A DNA stretch of 7,774 nucleotides. Origin: Amoeboradix gromovi X-113 (Eukaryota > Fungi > Sanchytriomycota). Below, in pieces: positions 7,444-7,774 of the stretch. The notes under the pieces were generated by a model. It ran no database searches and was not told where the DNA came from. It was given only the letters and a program-made list of their open reading frames with translations. How positions within the stretch are numbered: position 1 is the first letter of the stretch; each line of letters begins with the position of its first letter. The translations under genes were made by a program, and so were the position numbers. The stretch covers positions 1 through 7,774 of the forward strand of contig JADGIF010000488.1 of the NCBI GenBank assembly GCA_018985225.1, given 5' to 3'.

Positions 7444-7590
7444 TATTTATAGTAAAAACCGAGTATGCAATTGGTTTGTAACCAATAAATTACCTTTACA
7501 CCAGCGTGAAATTGAATCCAATAGAATGACTTGTGATTGCAATTAAATTCTTTATAGCAATAGAATCAATACGCTACCAATCAGATCTTT
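7444..7590 (-). promoter_or_regulatory. Putative transposase promoter: TATA box plus CCAAT-box cluster
   Basis: TATAAATA on the minus strand at 7444-7451, 22 bp upstream of the ATG at 7422. CCAAT/ATTGG motifs at 7470, 7482, 7518 and 7577. Confidence 0.45.
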
Positions 7591-7774
7591 ACATTGAATT
7601 TCATGTCTTTTTATCGAATCAGGTTAAAGGGATACTTCTATGAATAGAAATGTAAAACTGATGAGTCTCATTTTTCTCTAGTGAGTAGTGCCATTGATGT
7701 TCATGGTGCAAAATCAATTTCAAACGTTGAATTGCTTGCTGGTTCGTTTGATATCAGCCTCCAGAACACAGATT

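Larger units (their letters stand above)
5379..7774 (-). mobile_element. Decayed cut-and-paste DNA transposon, Sola-like; right terminus not in the window
   Basis: Terminal repeat at 5379, subterminal CCAAT motifs and a transposase pseudogene. No matching second TIR appears before 7774, so the right boundary is open. Confidence 0.72.

Overview
AT-rich eukaryotic DNA, probably from a compact, intron-poor fungal or fungus-like genome in the standard genetic code. A block of host genes sits between two ends of one DNA-transposon family. The block holds a putative small secreted protein (1363-1845 +), a class 2 quinone-dependent dihydroorotate dehydrogenase (1913-3025 -), tRNA-Leu(TAG) (3135-3215 -) and a very short eIF3h-like MPN protein (4574-5065 +). 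On the right, a decayed Sola-like DDD transposon starts at a 31-bp terminal repeat (5379-5409). It carries a transposase pseudogene (~5570-7422 -) interrupted by ~380 bp of unrelated DNA and flanked by periodic CCAAT-type motifs. On the left, an inverted copy of that terminal repeat (81-110) cuts a frameshifted tyrosine-recombinase-like gene (111-623 -) just after its PPLR motif. That protein resembles integrases of Polinton-like viruses, virophages or giant viruses, suggesting an endogenous viral or YR-element relic. All family calls come from motif recognition by eye, with no database search.
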